Part shown: in pieces, positions 12,678 through 27,000 of the stretch | How positions within the stretch are numbered: position 1 is the first letter of the stretch | Layout of the letters: every line of letters starts with the position of its first letter | From: Eledone cirrhosa | Taxonomy: Eukaryota | Assembly: GCA_964016885.1 (NCBI GenBank) | Contig: OZ024742.1 | Coordinates: 42,036,001 to 42,100,000 of the forward strand | Direction: 5' to 3' | DNA length: 64,000 bases | The notes under the pieces: generated by a model | What the model saw: only the letters and a program-made list of their open reading frames with translations | Databases searched by the model: none | Told to the model about the DNA's origin: nothing | Translations under genes and position numbers: made by a program

Positions 12678-15600
12678 ATCATCATCATCGTTTAACGTCC
12701 ATGTTCCACGCTTGCATGGGTTTGGACGGAAGTTTTTCCACTTGAGGCAAGAGTGGTTGTCTTGCTCGCATAGGACTGTCTGGCAGGTTTTCTATGGCTG
12801 GATGCCCTTCCTAACACCAACCACGTTTACAGTGTGGACTGGGAGGTTTTTACCGTGTTACCTACACGGCCACATTACAGCGTGGACTGTGTGTTTTTTT
12901 GTTGTGACACCTACACGACCTCATTTGTTTCGGGCTGGATATTGTGGTACCAACATAACTTTACATTGAAAGGGGTGGTGTGGGTGAGGTGGGGGTAGTG
13001 GGATGGGGTGTATTTTTGTTAGAGGTGCCTACTGACTGTGGTAGGTTTCACTTTGTACTTTGGTAAGGCGGGTCTTCTCTATTACTGTGTAGCGCCAAAG
13101 ATCTCGGTCCAGTGACATTGTCTTGGAGAGGTGTAAGTGTGTGAGGTTGGAATTTAATCAGTCGTCCCAGGTTTTTCTGGGTCTGCCTACTCCGTGGCTA
13201 CCGTCTATTTTTATCGCCCTGCACTTTTTTATACAGCTGTTGTCTTTCATGCGCATCACGTGACCGTACCAACGTAGTCTTCTCTCGAGTAAACAGCATC
13301 TGATCCCTCTTATTTCTAATTTTTCCCTTAGTTTGTTTATGCTTTGCCGTTCACGTATATTACTATTACACATCCAGCGGAGCATGCAAGCTTCGTTCCT
13401 CTCCAATCTGCGTATATCCTCTGCACACAATGCCCAGGTCTCACTGCCATGTAACATTGCTGTTCGTATGCAGGCATCATACAGCCTGCCTTTCATTTTC
13501 AGAGAGAACCCTCTAGCGGCTAATAGTGGTATAAGCTCTCTGAACTTTTTCCATCCAGTTCTGACTCTAGCTACTGTACTTTCAGAGCACCCTCCACCAC
13601 TGCTGATTTTGTCACCCAAGTAACGGAAGGTGTCCTCTATTTCTATAGAACCATCTGTGCAATGGAATGAGTTAGTATTTTGTGGACACTTGCTGTTACT
13701 TATTGCACCAGAGCACCGGCCACATATAAAATCTATATTCTTAGTTAGCTTACCTGTGATCCCACTACATCTTTTATGCACCCATACTTTGCATTTGGGA
13801 CATAAAATGGAGTTTCTGCCTACTCCTTTCCTACACACTGAGCATGGCCATTTCCCGGATGGGACCGGTGCTCTATTTTCCTTTCTACAAATTAGAACTT
13901 TAGTCTTAGACAGGTTAATTTTAAGGCCTTTTGATTCTAGGCCATGCTTCCATGTTTGGAATTTCTTCTCTAGTTCAGCCATTGATTCAGCTATGAGCGT
14001 TAGATCATCTGCATATAGGAGTTCCCATGGGCAGCCGGTCTTGAACTCCGCTGTTATAGCCTGAAGGGCAATAATAAATAGTATGGGGCTAAGAACGGAG
14101 CCCTGATGAACACCAACTTTTACGCTAAACTCTTCACTATATTCATTGTTAATTCTAACCTTGCTGACTGTTTCTTTATACATGGCTTGTATAGCTCTCA
14201 CAAGCCATTCATCAACACCTAGTTTTCTAAGAGCCCACCAGATAATGGAACGGGGGACTCTGTCAAAGGCTTTCTCCAAGTCGACAAAAGCTAAGTATAG
14301 GGGTTTACTTTTAGCTAGGTACTTCTCCTGTAGTTGTCGTATAATGAAAAGAGCGTCTGTGGTACTTTTACCTGACACAAACCCGAACTGCATTTCATCT
14401 AGATCAATTCTCTCTCTGATTAGTTGCGCTATTATTTTTTCTGTGACCTTCATGACCTGGTCGATTAATTTAATGCCTCTATAGTTACCCATATCTAGGG
14501 CATCTCCTTTACTCTTGTAGCAGTTAATGATGATGCTGCTACGCCAGTCCTTCGGAACAACCCCATTCTGTATGACTTGGTTTACTATCCGGGTGACCAT
14601 AGTGTGTCCCACCGTTCCAGATGCTTTCAGCATTTCAGCAACTATTTCCGAAGGCCCAGCCGCCTTACCCGTCTTCATATCTTTGATTGCCTTACTTATT
14701 ATACTACCTTCAACTAGCACTGCTGGTCCCTCTATTGGATCGATGTGGGGGAGACTGTCTTTCTCCCATTTATTCTCCTCATTTAGTAGCCTTTCGTAAT
14801 GACACTTCCAAGCTACTTTCTTATCAGCGTCAGTGATGGCAAGTACACCATCATCATTAAGGACACACTTCTCCCCGACAATATCACGGTTTTCCTCGAC
14901 ACATTGCCTAGCAATCCTGAACACCTCACGTTTTTGGTCCTCGCGTTGTAGAACATGCTTGAACTTTCTTTCCTCTGCTTCCCTTCTTGCGAAGTACACT
15001 TGTCTCCTCGCTTCCCTCCTGGCCACTTGATAGTCTTCTCTACTTCCCCCATACCACCATACTTTCCAAGTCTGCTTTTTGGCCTTAATTGACTCCTCCA
15101 CCTTACTGTTCCACCACCACGTTACTCTCCTCCTGCCTATAGGCCTGCTCCAGCCACAGACTTCGTCTGCCGCCATCAGCAGGTTTGCTTTCAGGAATTC
15201 CCACTGTTCCTCTATATTATATGACTCTAATTGCTCTTCCTTACTGTAGTAATATGCTTTTAAATTTATTACTGGCTGTGGGGTCCTTTAGCTTCCATAT
15301 TTTCCTCCTGAGTATAGTCCTCTTCTGTTGTCGAGAATGTCTCGTCCTGACTATGAGGTCGCTAATTATGAGTCTATGTTGAGAGGTGCATTCTTCATGG
15401 GGGAGGGATTTAGTGGTTACAACAGACACTCTGTCACGTCTTCTGGTAAGGATATAATCTACCTGGCTGGTATGTTCCCCTGATCTGTAGGTGATCAAGT
15501 GATTGTCTCCCTTTTTGAAGTTAGTGTTACAGATAGTTAGGTTATTTGCGTTACAATGTTGTCCAATGTGACGATTTAGGTCGCCAGCAATAATTATATA

Positions 15601-15777
15601 GTCACTGTCGGTTATTTGGGAGGTAGTGAGCATCAGTGTCTCATAGAATCTGTCTTTTATAGCGCCAGGCAATCCGGATTGGGGTGCGTACGCAGATATT
15701 ACTGTCACAGTACTTCTATTTAGAACAAATCTTATTTTAATTATTCTGTCGTTCACTCTATTAATGTCTATTATCTT
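12678..15777 (-). mobile_element. RTE family B LINE (partial APE endonuclease, RT, PHD-like finger), disrupted
   Basis: ORF 15241-15756 has SAYAPQ, AGDLN and SQVDYIL. ORF 13158-15176 has FVDLEKAFD, HQGSVLSP, YADD and CSVC...HKRC...CGRC. Confidence 0.9.
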
Positions 15778-15779
15778 AG

Positions 15780-16060
15780 GTTGGAATTAATCAATAAAAT
15801 TCTTTTCTTTGATTTTTCTCTTGATTTCACTTGGCCTGTGTAATTTGTAGAATGGAAATATTATAAATATTTTCTGACCACATGTTGCTAGATGGTTACT
15901 CAGGGGTATCTGACGGACATTTGGGTCTCTGATTTGCTGTCGGTGCACCCGTGCACGTTCCGATAGTGCATTTCCAGTTTGACCGACATATAGTTCTTCA
16001 CAATTCGGGCATTTAATGCAGTAAATTAGATTTCTGCTTTTGCACTTCATATTTGCATTT
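15780..16060 (-). mobile_element. Penelope-like element, GIY-YIG endonuclease fragment
   Basis: CKSRNLIYCIKCPNCEELYVGQTGNALSERARVH...H...C...E matches the PLE-type GIY-YIG with CxxC between the two motifs. Confidence 0.85.
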
Positions 16061-16394
16061 GGGAATATTTTTCAAAATTCCAACCCAAGCTAAATGAACA
16101 ATAATAATTCTTAGGGGTATAAAAACCCTAGAAAATGCTATTTTCATCATTTCTAAAAATAGCAAAACAATTGATGCTTTGAATAGGGCCAAATAGAAGT
16201 CGTTAGACATGCCCAACCAACCATGATGCCTAAACCAATCAGCTTCAGTAATCCAGTGAAACTACACACCGATTGGTCGAAATACAGTTTGCAAAATTTA
16301 GCATTCTGTAGCCGCTTTTCACTGTATATAAGGCACAAAATTTACCCATCTCATTACAGTTGAAAATTGTAAACTTGACTGTCACCACAGAATA

Positions 16395-16433
16395 TGAACC
16401 TGAAGATTGCGAAAGCATGAAATTACTTGTTCA
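16395..16433 (+). ncRNA. Minimal type I hammerhead ribozyme, stem III mutated
   Basis: TGAAC-CTGAAGA-T-TGC(GAAA)GCA-T-GAAA-TTAC-TT-GTTCA. Confidence 0.65.
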
Positions 16434-16577
16434 ATTAACACTTAATATTCAACCATGCTATTTCATTCTAATACCATTATAATTTTAAAGGATTGTAAAT
16501 AAAACGAGTAAATCAGACAAAGTTGGAATTCCTTTTATTAATATAATATTCTATACACAATCATACACACCCGTCTA

Positions 16578-16642
<65 letters not shown>

Positions 16643-16839
16643 CTTTTAAGCTATTTTGTAGTATCCCTGTTCAGAAACACACCACTTATATTAAATTTAT
16701 CTCCCTGGAGCTTTGTAAAAGTCTGAGAGATTGGCTACATATATGTTTTATATATAAATTTTTTTTTTTTTAGATGGAAGACAAAACAAAGAAGATGAAT
16801 ACAAAGATGAAGAAGAGAAAGATAAAGATGAAGAACCTC

Positions 16840-17128
16840 ACTGCACAACATCACATCGCAGTGCACCGCACCACATCACACCACACTTCACCACACCACA
16901 TAAAAACATACAACACTACACCACACCATATAACAACACAACACACCACTCCTCACTACAACACACCACACTACTCCACATAAAAACACACCACACTACT
17001 CCACACCACATAACACCACAACACAGCACACCACACCTCACCTCACTACATCAACCACATAAAAACACATCTCACTACATCACCCCACATAAAAACACAC
17101 CACACTACACACCACATAACACCCAACA
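16840..17128. repeat. (CACCA/CACTA)n degenerate pentamer tract (others at 18250-18565, 20550-20760)
   Basis: Seen directly in the sequence. Confidence 0.85.
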
Positions 17129-18249
17129 TTTTTTCCTCATCTGTTTTACATGTGTTATCAACTAATCCGAACTCCAAGATGTTTGTTATTGACTCTCTCT
17201 TCATGGAAAACTTAGGTGGATGCACTTCTCTCATTTAACCCCAGAGTTTTCTCTAAGATTTTTCGTATGTTATCAACAAATATGACCTCCAAACCAGTTG
17301 GAAATGATTAGTTGTTCTAGGAAAAAGGAGGGGTAAAGCAGGTGGAAAAACCATTGTCGTTTTGTAGATATATACCCTAATGATTTTTCTTCGGTCTCCT
17401 TTTGAGTGCTATCAACTAATCTGACCTTTTAGTTGCTCTGAATCAATTTTTTTTTCTGGGATTTGGAAACTAAAACTAAATTAAACATAAAATTAAATCT
17501 AGCCCCAACCCTAAACTCTAAATCTAAACCAAACCAAGCTAAATCTAAATTTAAACATTACCCCAACCCTTAAACTAAACCCTAAACTATACCCCAACCA
17601 TAAAACAAAACCCTAAACATTACCCCAACCCTAAAACTAGACCCTAAACATTACCCCAAACCTAAAACTAAACCCTAAACTTTACCCCAACCCTAAAACT
17701 AGACCCTAAACATTACCCCAAACCTAAAACTAAACCCTAAACTTTACCCCAAACCTAAAACTAAACCCTAAACTTACCCCAACCCTAAAACTAGACCCTA
17801 AACATTACCCCAACCCTAAAACTAGACCCTAAACATTACCCTAAACCTAGCCCAGGGAAATAAGTTGGTTGGAAGCATCTAGGAGGTCAGATTAATTAAT
17901 AGCACAGGAAATAGCATAGGAAATAGCATAGGAAATTAATAGCACAGGAAATATACCGAAAATGATTAAGTCCCACAACATGTGAGTGGGGTGTAGATCT
18001 GCAAAACTCTTCTCCTCTCCCTCCTCTTTCTCCAAAGCTAGTTGTTTTTGACTGGTTTGGAAGTCATATTCACTGATAATGCATGAAAATAGAATCAAAG
18101 AGAAAATTCTGAGTAAGCAGGGGTTATCCGGGTGAAGGGGGAACCACCTCACCCCGCCGTTTTCCTGGGGGGAGAAAGTCAGTTTCAAGCATCTTGGAGA
18201 TTGGATTAGATTGGTTGATAGCACATGAAAAATAGGATGAAAAAATTTC
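17129..18249. mobile_element. Foldback/MITE-like element with imperfect inverted arms
   Basis: Left arm TTTTACATGTGTTATCAACTAATCC...CTCCAAGATG mirrors right arm CATCTTGGAG...GTTGATAGCACATGAAAA. An inner pair lies at about 17403 and 17882. Confidence 0.6.
17480..17852. repeat. Telomere-like CCCTAAA/CCCCAA minisatellite, period about 30-31 bp
   Basis: ACCCTAAACATTACCCCAACCCTAAAACTAG units. Confidence 0.85.
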
Positions 18250-19022
18250 ACATCACATCACACCACACCACATCACACCATGTCTCGTCTCGTCTCGCCT
18301 CGCCTCATTTCACCACGCCACGCCTCATTTCACCACGCCACATTTCATCACATCACATTACATTTCACCACGCCACACCACATTTCATCACATCACATCA
18401 CATTTCACCACGCCACACCACATCACATGCCATCACACCACATGCTACCACACTACATCCCACCACACTCCACTACACAATATCCCCCACCCTACATTGA
18501 ACCACACTCCACTTCACCACACCACTGTCCACTACACTAAACCACACTACACTACACCACACCACTGTCTATTCGACTGTTTTCTATTTCGTAGGTATGT
18601 CCAGTTACAGTAAGAGAAAGAAAGTTATTTCAAAGGATCTGAGTAAGTAAACACTTCATTGACCATCATTTTAAGCAGAATCTCAGTGTAGTTTTAAATT
18701 GACCTTTTCATATGATTACACCTCAGTCTTAACTTAATCACCTGTAGATGGATGCTACATGTAATGTTAAAATTAGTTAAACACTGTTTCCCCCTTCTCA
18801 TCACATGTGGATGCTAGATGTGTATTGTTAACATTAATCTAACGATGTCTCCCCCTTCCTGCCTCACCATATCATACCACACCACATCACACCATGTTGT
18901 ACCACACCAGACCACATAACACCATGCTATACCATATATATATATATGAGCTCTCCACTCGTTATATTAACTGAATCTCCTCGGTGTTTCGTGAAAGTCT
19001 GAGAGATCAGCTATATATTTGT

Positions 19023-19977
19023 GTGGGTCCCGTTTGTGAGACAAACCTTTCCCAGACTCGTCTCACTCACCGAGCTGCAATCTTGGGTCAAGCAAAGACC
19101 GAGAAAACTGGGCGCCTGGCACACTGAGTGTGCCCAGGTGCTCATGGCCCTCTGGCAGGTGGACCCGGTTATCAGTGGAGACTCCACCGCGACATTCTAT
19201 AGAGGGCTGGTACGCAGCAGGTGCAATGACGCCCTTGGAGAAGCCCTAGACATGGAGGAAGACGAACTGGCCAGCCTGTTCAGTAGGACATTCAGCCCGG
19301 GACCTATGGACAACTTCCAGAAGTCCCTAGCTACCGAGGGGCTCTACCCGTTCGAGAAAAGCTCTACAGACACGGGCGCCCGGGTAGGGACCCCGCCAAA
19401 AAGATCTGTCCCAGATGCGTGCGCAACGAGGAAACCGTTGCACACGTATTGGTACACTGCTTGGGCGTAGCCGATCTGTGGGGCTATGTCGAACGACTGC
19501 TATCAAGGGTGGGACCGATCCGGTTGACAACCGAGGCCATTGTAACGATTAAGCCGCTTCCCCCCTTCAAAAATGAATGAGAGGCGGTGTTTCTGTGCGT
19601 AATAGCCATGGTGAAAGAGGTTGTATGATGGACGCATCTGAAAGGACTCAGGTCAGGCACCTTTCTCTCTGGCCAACAACTGATCCGTTTCTTCCGATAT
19701 CATTTCGGAAGAAGGATCAGGATGGAGAGAGATGCTCAACCCCAGTCGTTTTTATGAAAGGTGGGTGAAAGTGGCGAGAATGGCCCGTGTGAATGGGCCT
19801 TCTCTCTATATCAGCTTGTAGGTGGAAAAAAGGAAGGAACGAGGGAGCACCCTCTCTCTGTGCTCCTGAGGAGAAGGGGTTGCACACTATTGAGGACTTT
19901 ATTGTTAATTTTATATTTGTTATTTGTTTTCTTTACTCGCCTTTTTGTGTAAACTGCCCCCTTGTATTTGTCCCCTT
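19023..19977 (+). mobile_element. 5'-truncated Tx1/L1-clade LINE with 12-bp target-site duplication
   Basis: Translation YRGALPVREKLYRHG...CPRC..EETVAHVLVHC..LW (zf-RVT type CCHC). TSD CTATATATTTGT at 19011-19022 and 19978-19989. Confidence 0.85.
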
Positions 19978-20829
19978 CTATATATTTGTTTACAATTTTT
20001 TTTATATTTAGATGGAAAAGAAGAAAAAGACGACGAAGCAGACGACTAAAATGAAAATGACAACAAAGACAAAGAAGATACGGGAAACGAAGATGACGAA
20101 AAGAAGAAGAAAGTATGATCTCAGTTCAGTCTAAACCTAATGATTTATAGATATGATCTTAGTTCAGCCTTAACCTAATGACCTGTAGATACAATCTATT
20201 TAGGTTTAACTTAAACATTCAAAGATATTTGTATATACTTTTGTTGATATTTGACATTGTTTTTTAGTTATGAAATAGCTTATAAGCTACATTATAGGAC
20301 CACAGTGCATGAGCACACTGCTCTTTAAATTAACTTTATCTCCTCAGCACTTTGTAAAGTCTGAGAGATAGGCAACATATATGTTTTACATTCTTTGTTT
20401 TTGGTATTTAGATGGCAGAGGAGAAGATAAAGGCACAGAAGAAGTCAAAGGCGCAGAAGAAGTCAAAGAAAATGAACGAGAAGAACAATTATTATTACTA
20501 TTATTATTGTTATTATTATTGTTATTATTATTTGTATTATTATAATCAAACTAAGCCACACTACATCAACCTATACCATGCCACACCACACTGACAAACA
20601 TTATACCATACCACATTATCCAACACCACACTACGAAACACTGTACGACCTCACATCAGACCATGCTATGAAACAATATACCATACTACACTATACAACA
20701 ATAGACAACACCACACAAGACTATGAAACACTATACTTTACCACACTATATCACACCACTCAAGTTAGAGAGGATCAACTTTTTTCCTGGAAAGTAGAAA
20801 ACCTAACTTTAAGCTAAAACCGAACTTTA

Positions 20830-23800
20830 AAAATAACTTACCCTAACACTTGCACTCACACATGCTCTAACAGTGAACTTAGCGCTAACATGAAAACTAA
20901 CACAAATACAAAATCTGAAAACTAACATTAAATAGAAAACTAACACAAACACTAACCTGAACACTAACACTAAAACTGACACTAACACTAACCTGAACAT
21001 CAGCACTAAAACTAACACTACCGTAAACACTAATACAAACACTAACACTAACCTGAACACTTACACTAAAACTAACATTAGCACAAACATTAGCCTGAAC
21101 ACTAGCACTAAAACTAACACTACCATAAACACTAACACTGACCTGAGCACTAACACTAAAAGTAACACTAACACAAACACTAATCTGAAAACTGACACTA
21201 ACCAGAAAACTAAGCTAACATTAACTTCAACACTAAAACAAACACTAACGCTAACAGAGATACTAACACAAATATTAACACAAAAACAAACACTAATACA
21301 ATCTCTAACACTAACCTCAACAGTAACACTAAAACTAACATTAACTTGAACACTAACTCTAACCTGAAAACTAAGCTAACATTAACCTGAACACTAATGC
21401 TAACACTAACAGAAATACTAATGCTAACATTAACGCTAACCTTAACACAAAAACAAAGACTAACGCTAACACAATCACTAACACTAATGGAAACAAAAAC
21501 AAATACTAAAACTAACACTAACATTAACTTGAACACTAACACTAACCTGAACACTTACACTAAAACTAACAGAGATACTAACACAAATATTAACACAAAA
21601 ACAAACACTAACACAATCTCTAACACTAAAACTAACATTAACTTGAACGCTAACACTAACCTGAAAACTAAGCTAACATTAACGCTAACACTAACACTCA
21701 TAACAGAAATACTAATGCTAACATTAACGCTAACCTTAACACAAAAACAAAGACTAACGCTAACACAATCACTAACACTAATGGAAACATCAAACACTAA
21801 TGCTAACAGAGATACTAACACAAATATTAACACAAAAACCAAACACTAACACTAACCTTAACACTAAAACTAACATTAACACTAACCTGAACGCTTACAC
21901 TAAAACTAACATTAACCTAAACACTAGCACTAAAACTAACACTACCATAAACAGTAACACAAACACTAACACTGATCTGAGCACTAACACTACCATAAAA
22001 ATTAACACAAAAAAAAACACTAACACTAAAACTGATACTAACCAGAAAACTAAGCTAACATTAACCTCAACACTAAAACAAACACTAACATTAACAGAAA
22101 AACAAAGACTAGCACTAACACAAACATTAACACAAAATAAAACACTAACACTAATGGAAAAAATAACACTAACACTAAAACTAACACTAACCTGAACACT
22201 AACAATAAAACTGACATTAACACAAACACTAACACTAAAACTAACACTACCATAAACCACTAACCTGAGCACTAACACTAAAAGTAACACGAGCCCTAAT
22301 CTGAAAACTAACACTAACCAGAAAACTAAGTCAACATTAACCTGAACACAAACACTAACACTAACAAAAATGCTAACACTAATACAAAATCAAACACGAA
22401 CGCTAATGGAAACACTAACACTAACGCTGACACTGACGAAGATGGCTATGCTGGCACAAACGCTCGCGCAAATGTTGACACAATCGCTTACGCTGACACA
22501 AACACTAACGTGAATACTGATGCAGGTGCAAAGGCGAATGCTGACAAAGACTCTGACGCACACGCTGATGTAAATGCTACACAGACTCTAACGCTGACGT
22601 GGATACTGACACAAATGCTCACGCTGATGCAAACACTAAAGCAAATGCAGACACTAATGCAAACACAGATGCAAATGTTGATACAGATGTTAAAGCAAAC
22701 GCAAATGCTGACGCAAACGATGACAACGATGCTACTGTGAACCTTAATGCAGACGTAAACATTGATGTAGAAGCTAAAGGAAACACTGATGCAAATACTA
22801 ATGAAAATGCTGACACAGATGCTAACACACGTTACCACAGATGCTAACGTAAACACTGACGCAGATGTTAATATAAACACTGACGCAGAGGCTAACATAA
22901 ACGCTGACACAGACACTAATGTAAGCGCTGACGTAGAAGCTAACGTAGAAGCTAACAAAACGCTGACGTAGTTGTTACGTAGAAGCAGGCGTAGAAGTTA
23001 GCGTTTACCCTTACCGCCGAAGCTGATCTCCAAAACGCAATTGCTGATGCGGATTGCTGAAGCCAAAGCCAAGCTAACGCTGACGCAAATGTTGAGGCAG
23101 TTTTGCCGGCGCTGACGTGTATGCTGACGCTAACGCAAATGCTGATGCAGACGCTAGGGCTAAGGCTAACACTAACGCTGACGCAAATGCTGAAGTTAAC
23201 GCTTACATGGGATATGCAGACGCTGCAATGATGCGGACGCCACAGGAAAGGTTAATGGAAACGCTAATGCTAACGGAAAACGCTGACGCAGACGTTACGG
23301 AAACGCTGACGTAGAAGCTAACGTAAACGCTGACACAGACGCTAACGTAAACGCTGACACAGACGCTAACGTAAACACTGACGTTAACTGAAACGCTGAC
23401 GCTGATGTAGATGTAAATACTGACGCTGACACAGACGCGGTCGGAAACGCTGACGTAGAAGCTAACGGAAATGCTGACGTAGAAGCTAACGGAAATGCTG
23501 ACACAGACGCTAACGGAAATGCTGACAAAGACGTTAAAGGAAACGCTATCGCAAATGCTAATGTGAATGCTGATGCTGATGCAAATGTTAACCCCTACAC
23601 AAATGCAAACGACGCTGATGCTAACACTGACTCAAACACTAATGCAAATGCTGACGTGCACGCTGATGCAAACGCTGACACTGAGGGAAATGCTGACACT
23701 GACACAAGTGCTGACGCGGACGCTAATGATAATGCTGACTCAGAAGCTGACGTAGACGCAGGCACTGAAACAAAAACTAATGCTAACACTAATGTTGACT

Positions 23801-24030
23801 CAGACGCTAAGGGAAATGCTGACACAATGCTCACACAATCACTATCACCAATGCAGACGCTGACGCAAATGCTGACATAGATGCTGACAGTTACGCAAAC
23901 ACTAAAGCTAATCCAAACACTAAGGCAGATGCTAACACCAGTCTACATAGACACTAACACAAAAGCTTACATAGACGCTTATGCAAATGCTAACAGTAAA
24001 ACTTACCCTAACACTAACCCTAAATCTAAA
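20830..24030. repeat. Degenerate 6-bp-period array, (ACTAAC)n grading into (GCTGAC/GCTAAC)n
   Basis: Seen directly in the sequence; it produces the LTLT/NTNT/ADAN pseudo-ORFs. Confidence 0.9.
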
Positions 24031-24099
24031 ATTAATCCAGAGAAAAAAAGTCATTTGCAATCACATTTAAGGTCACTCTTTAAGATATAGAAGATAGGC

Positions 24100-27000
24100 A
24101 TTACATTTTAATGATTTTAATTTAAAGAGAATCACGCTATATGATGCAACACAATAACACACCACACCACACTAACCTTCACTACACCAAACCAGATTAT
24201 ACCATACCTTGGTAAATTTATTATAGGTTTCCATGTTATAACTACACCAAACTACATCAAACCAAACCACACCATAACAAACTACACCATACTACATCAC
24301 ACCATGCTATTGAACTCAGTGTGAAAAATGTTCTTCCTGCTTTTTTTTGTCTTTTTTTTTGTGTGTGTGTGCTTACCACCCAATCTGACATTAAAAGTGT
24401 TCGCAATTAACTATTTTTTGCACATATTATCAATGTATATAACATGGAAACCTATCATTTGCAATAGGTTCCCATGTCATAACTACAACAATCCAAACCA
24501 CACCATAGCAAACTGCACCATTCTACATCACACCATGCTTTTGATCTCAGTGTGAAAAATTTTCTTCCTGTTTCTTTTTTTTTTTGTGTGTGTGTTCTTA
24601 CCACCCAATCTGACATCAAAGGTGCTGCAATTGACTATTTTTCGCACATATCAATAATTATGACATGGAAAACTGTCGAAAATGACGAGCTTTGTAGAAA
24701 AAAGAGGGAGGATGCGGGTGGAAATACCATTTACAAAGCTAGTCATTTTTTATTGCAGCGGAAGTCATATTTTTTGTTAATATGCTAAAAGCATAGTGTA
24801 CTGCGAGCATCTTGGAAGTTGTATTAGTTGATAGCACATGCAAAAGTGAAGGAAAAAAATTTTTTCTTACATAAATCAAAGTGGAAATTTAATTCCTTAC
24901 TTATAACAAAGCACACCACACCACATTAATCTACCCCAAACCACACCATATCAAACAGCACCATATTATGGTAAATTTATTACAGAACACATACTCCTAT
25001 CATTTACATCACACCATGGTATGGACATCAATGTGACAAATTTGCTACCTGCTTTTTTTTATTTTTTGTGTTTACCACCCAAACTAACATCAAAGGTGCT
25101 TGCAAATGACTATTTTCCCACACATTATCAATGAATATGACATGTGAATCTATCGTTTACAATTGGTTTCCATTTCATAACTTCACCGAACCAAACCAAA
25201 CCACACCATACCAAGTTACACCATACTACATCACACCAAGCTATTGATCTTGGTGTGAAACATTTTCTTCCCGTTTCCTTTTTTTTTTTTGTGTGTGTGC
25301 TTGCCCCGCAAACTGACATTAAAGGTGCTCCCAATTGACTATTTTTTTTCCACTTATCAATAATTATGACATGGAAACCTGTCGAAAATGACTATCTTTG
25401 TAGAAACTTCACCAAACCACACCATACTACATCACACCAAGCTATTGATTTTGGTGTGACAAATTTTCATCAGGTAATTTTTTTTTTTTTTTCCTGTGCT
25501 TACCACCCAATTTGACATAAATGGTGCTCGCAAATTACTATTTTATGCACATATTATCAATGGTTATGACATGGAAACCTGATGAAAATGACTAGTTTTG
25601 TAGGAAAAAGAGGGAGGATGTGGGTGGAAATACCATTTACAAAGCTAGTCATTTTTTATTGCAGCGGAAGTCATATTTTTTGTTAATATGCTAAAAGCAT
25701 AGTGTACTGCGAGCATCTTGGAAGTTGTATGAGTTGATAGCACATGCAAAAGTGAAGGAAAACATTTTTTTATTACATAAATCAAAGTGGAAATTTAATT
25801 CCTTACTTATAACAAAGCACACCACACCACATTAATCTACCCCAAACCACACCATATCAAACAGCACCATATTATGGTAAATTTATTACAGAACACATAC
25901 TCCTATCATTTACATCACACCATGGTATGGACATCAATGTGACAAATTTGCTACCTGCTTTTTTTTATTTTTTGTGTTTACCACCCAAACTAACATCAAA
26001 GGTGCTTGCAAATGACTATTTTCCCACACATTATCAATGAATATGACATGGGAATCTATCGTTTACAATTGGTTTCCATTTCATAACTTCACCGAACCAA
26101 ACCAAACCACACCATACCAAGTTACACCATACTACATCACACCAAGCTATTGATCTTGGTGTGAAACATTTTCTTCCCGTTTCATTTTTTTTTTTGTGTG
26201 TGTGCTTACCCCCCAATCTGACATTAATCTACCCCAATCCACACGATAACCATGTTTCACTATATGGTAAATTTATTACAAAACACTTACTCCTACCATT
26301 TACATCACACCATGGTATGGATATCAATGTGACAAATTTGCTACCTGCTTTTTTTTTTTATGTGGTTACCACCTCAAACTAACATCAAAGGTGCTTGCAA
26401 ATGACTATTTTCCCCACACATTATCAATGAATATGACATGGGAATAGGTTTCCATTTCATAACTTCACCAAACCACACCATACCAAGTTACACCATACTA
26501 CATCACACCAAGCTATTGATCTTGGTGTGAAACATTTTCTTCCCGTTTCCTTTTTTTTTTTTTGTGTGTGTGCTTACCCCGCAAACTGACATTAAAGGTG
26601 CTCCCAATTGACTATTTTTTTTCTACTTATCAATAATTATGACATGGAAACCTGTCGAAAATGACTATCTTTGTAGAAACTTCACCAAACCACACCATAC
26701 TACATCACACCAAGCTATTAATTTTGGTGTGACAAATTTTCATCAGGCAATTTTTTTTTTTTTTTTTTTTTTTTGGTGCTTACCACCCAATTTGACATAA
26801 ATGATGCTCGCAAATTACTATTTTATGCACATATTATCAATGGTTATGACATGGAAACCTGATGAAAATGACTAGCTTTGTAGAAAAAAGAGGGAGGATG
26901 TGGGTGGAAATACCATTTACAAAGCTAGTCATTTTTTATTGCAGTGGAAGTCATATTTTTTGTTAATATGCTAAAAGCATAATCCACTGCGAGCATCTTG

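Noticed and set aside
17480-17852. Real telomere or chromosome fusion site
   Set aside because: Degenerate ~30-bp units rather than pure (CCCTAA)n, embedded within a foldback element.
20827-24090. ADANAD/LTLT/NTNT ORFs resembling ice-binding or shell-matrix repeat proteins (also 34115-35831)
   Set aside because: Frames switch constantly, stops are scattered, and indels between copies A and B do not preserve frame. They are a by-product of 6-bp periodicity.
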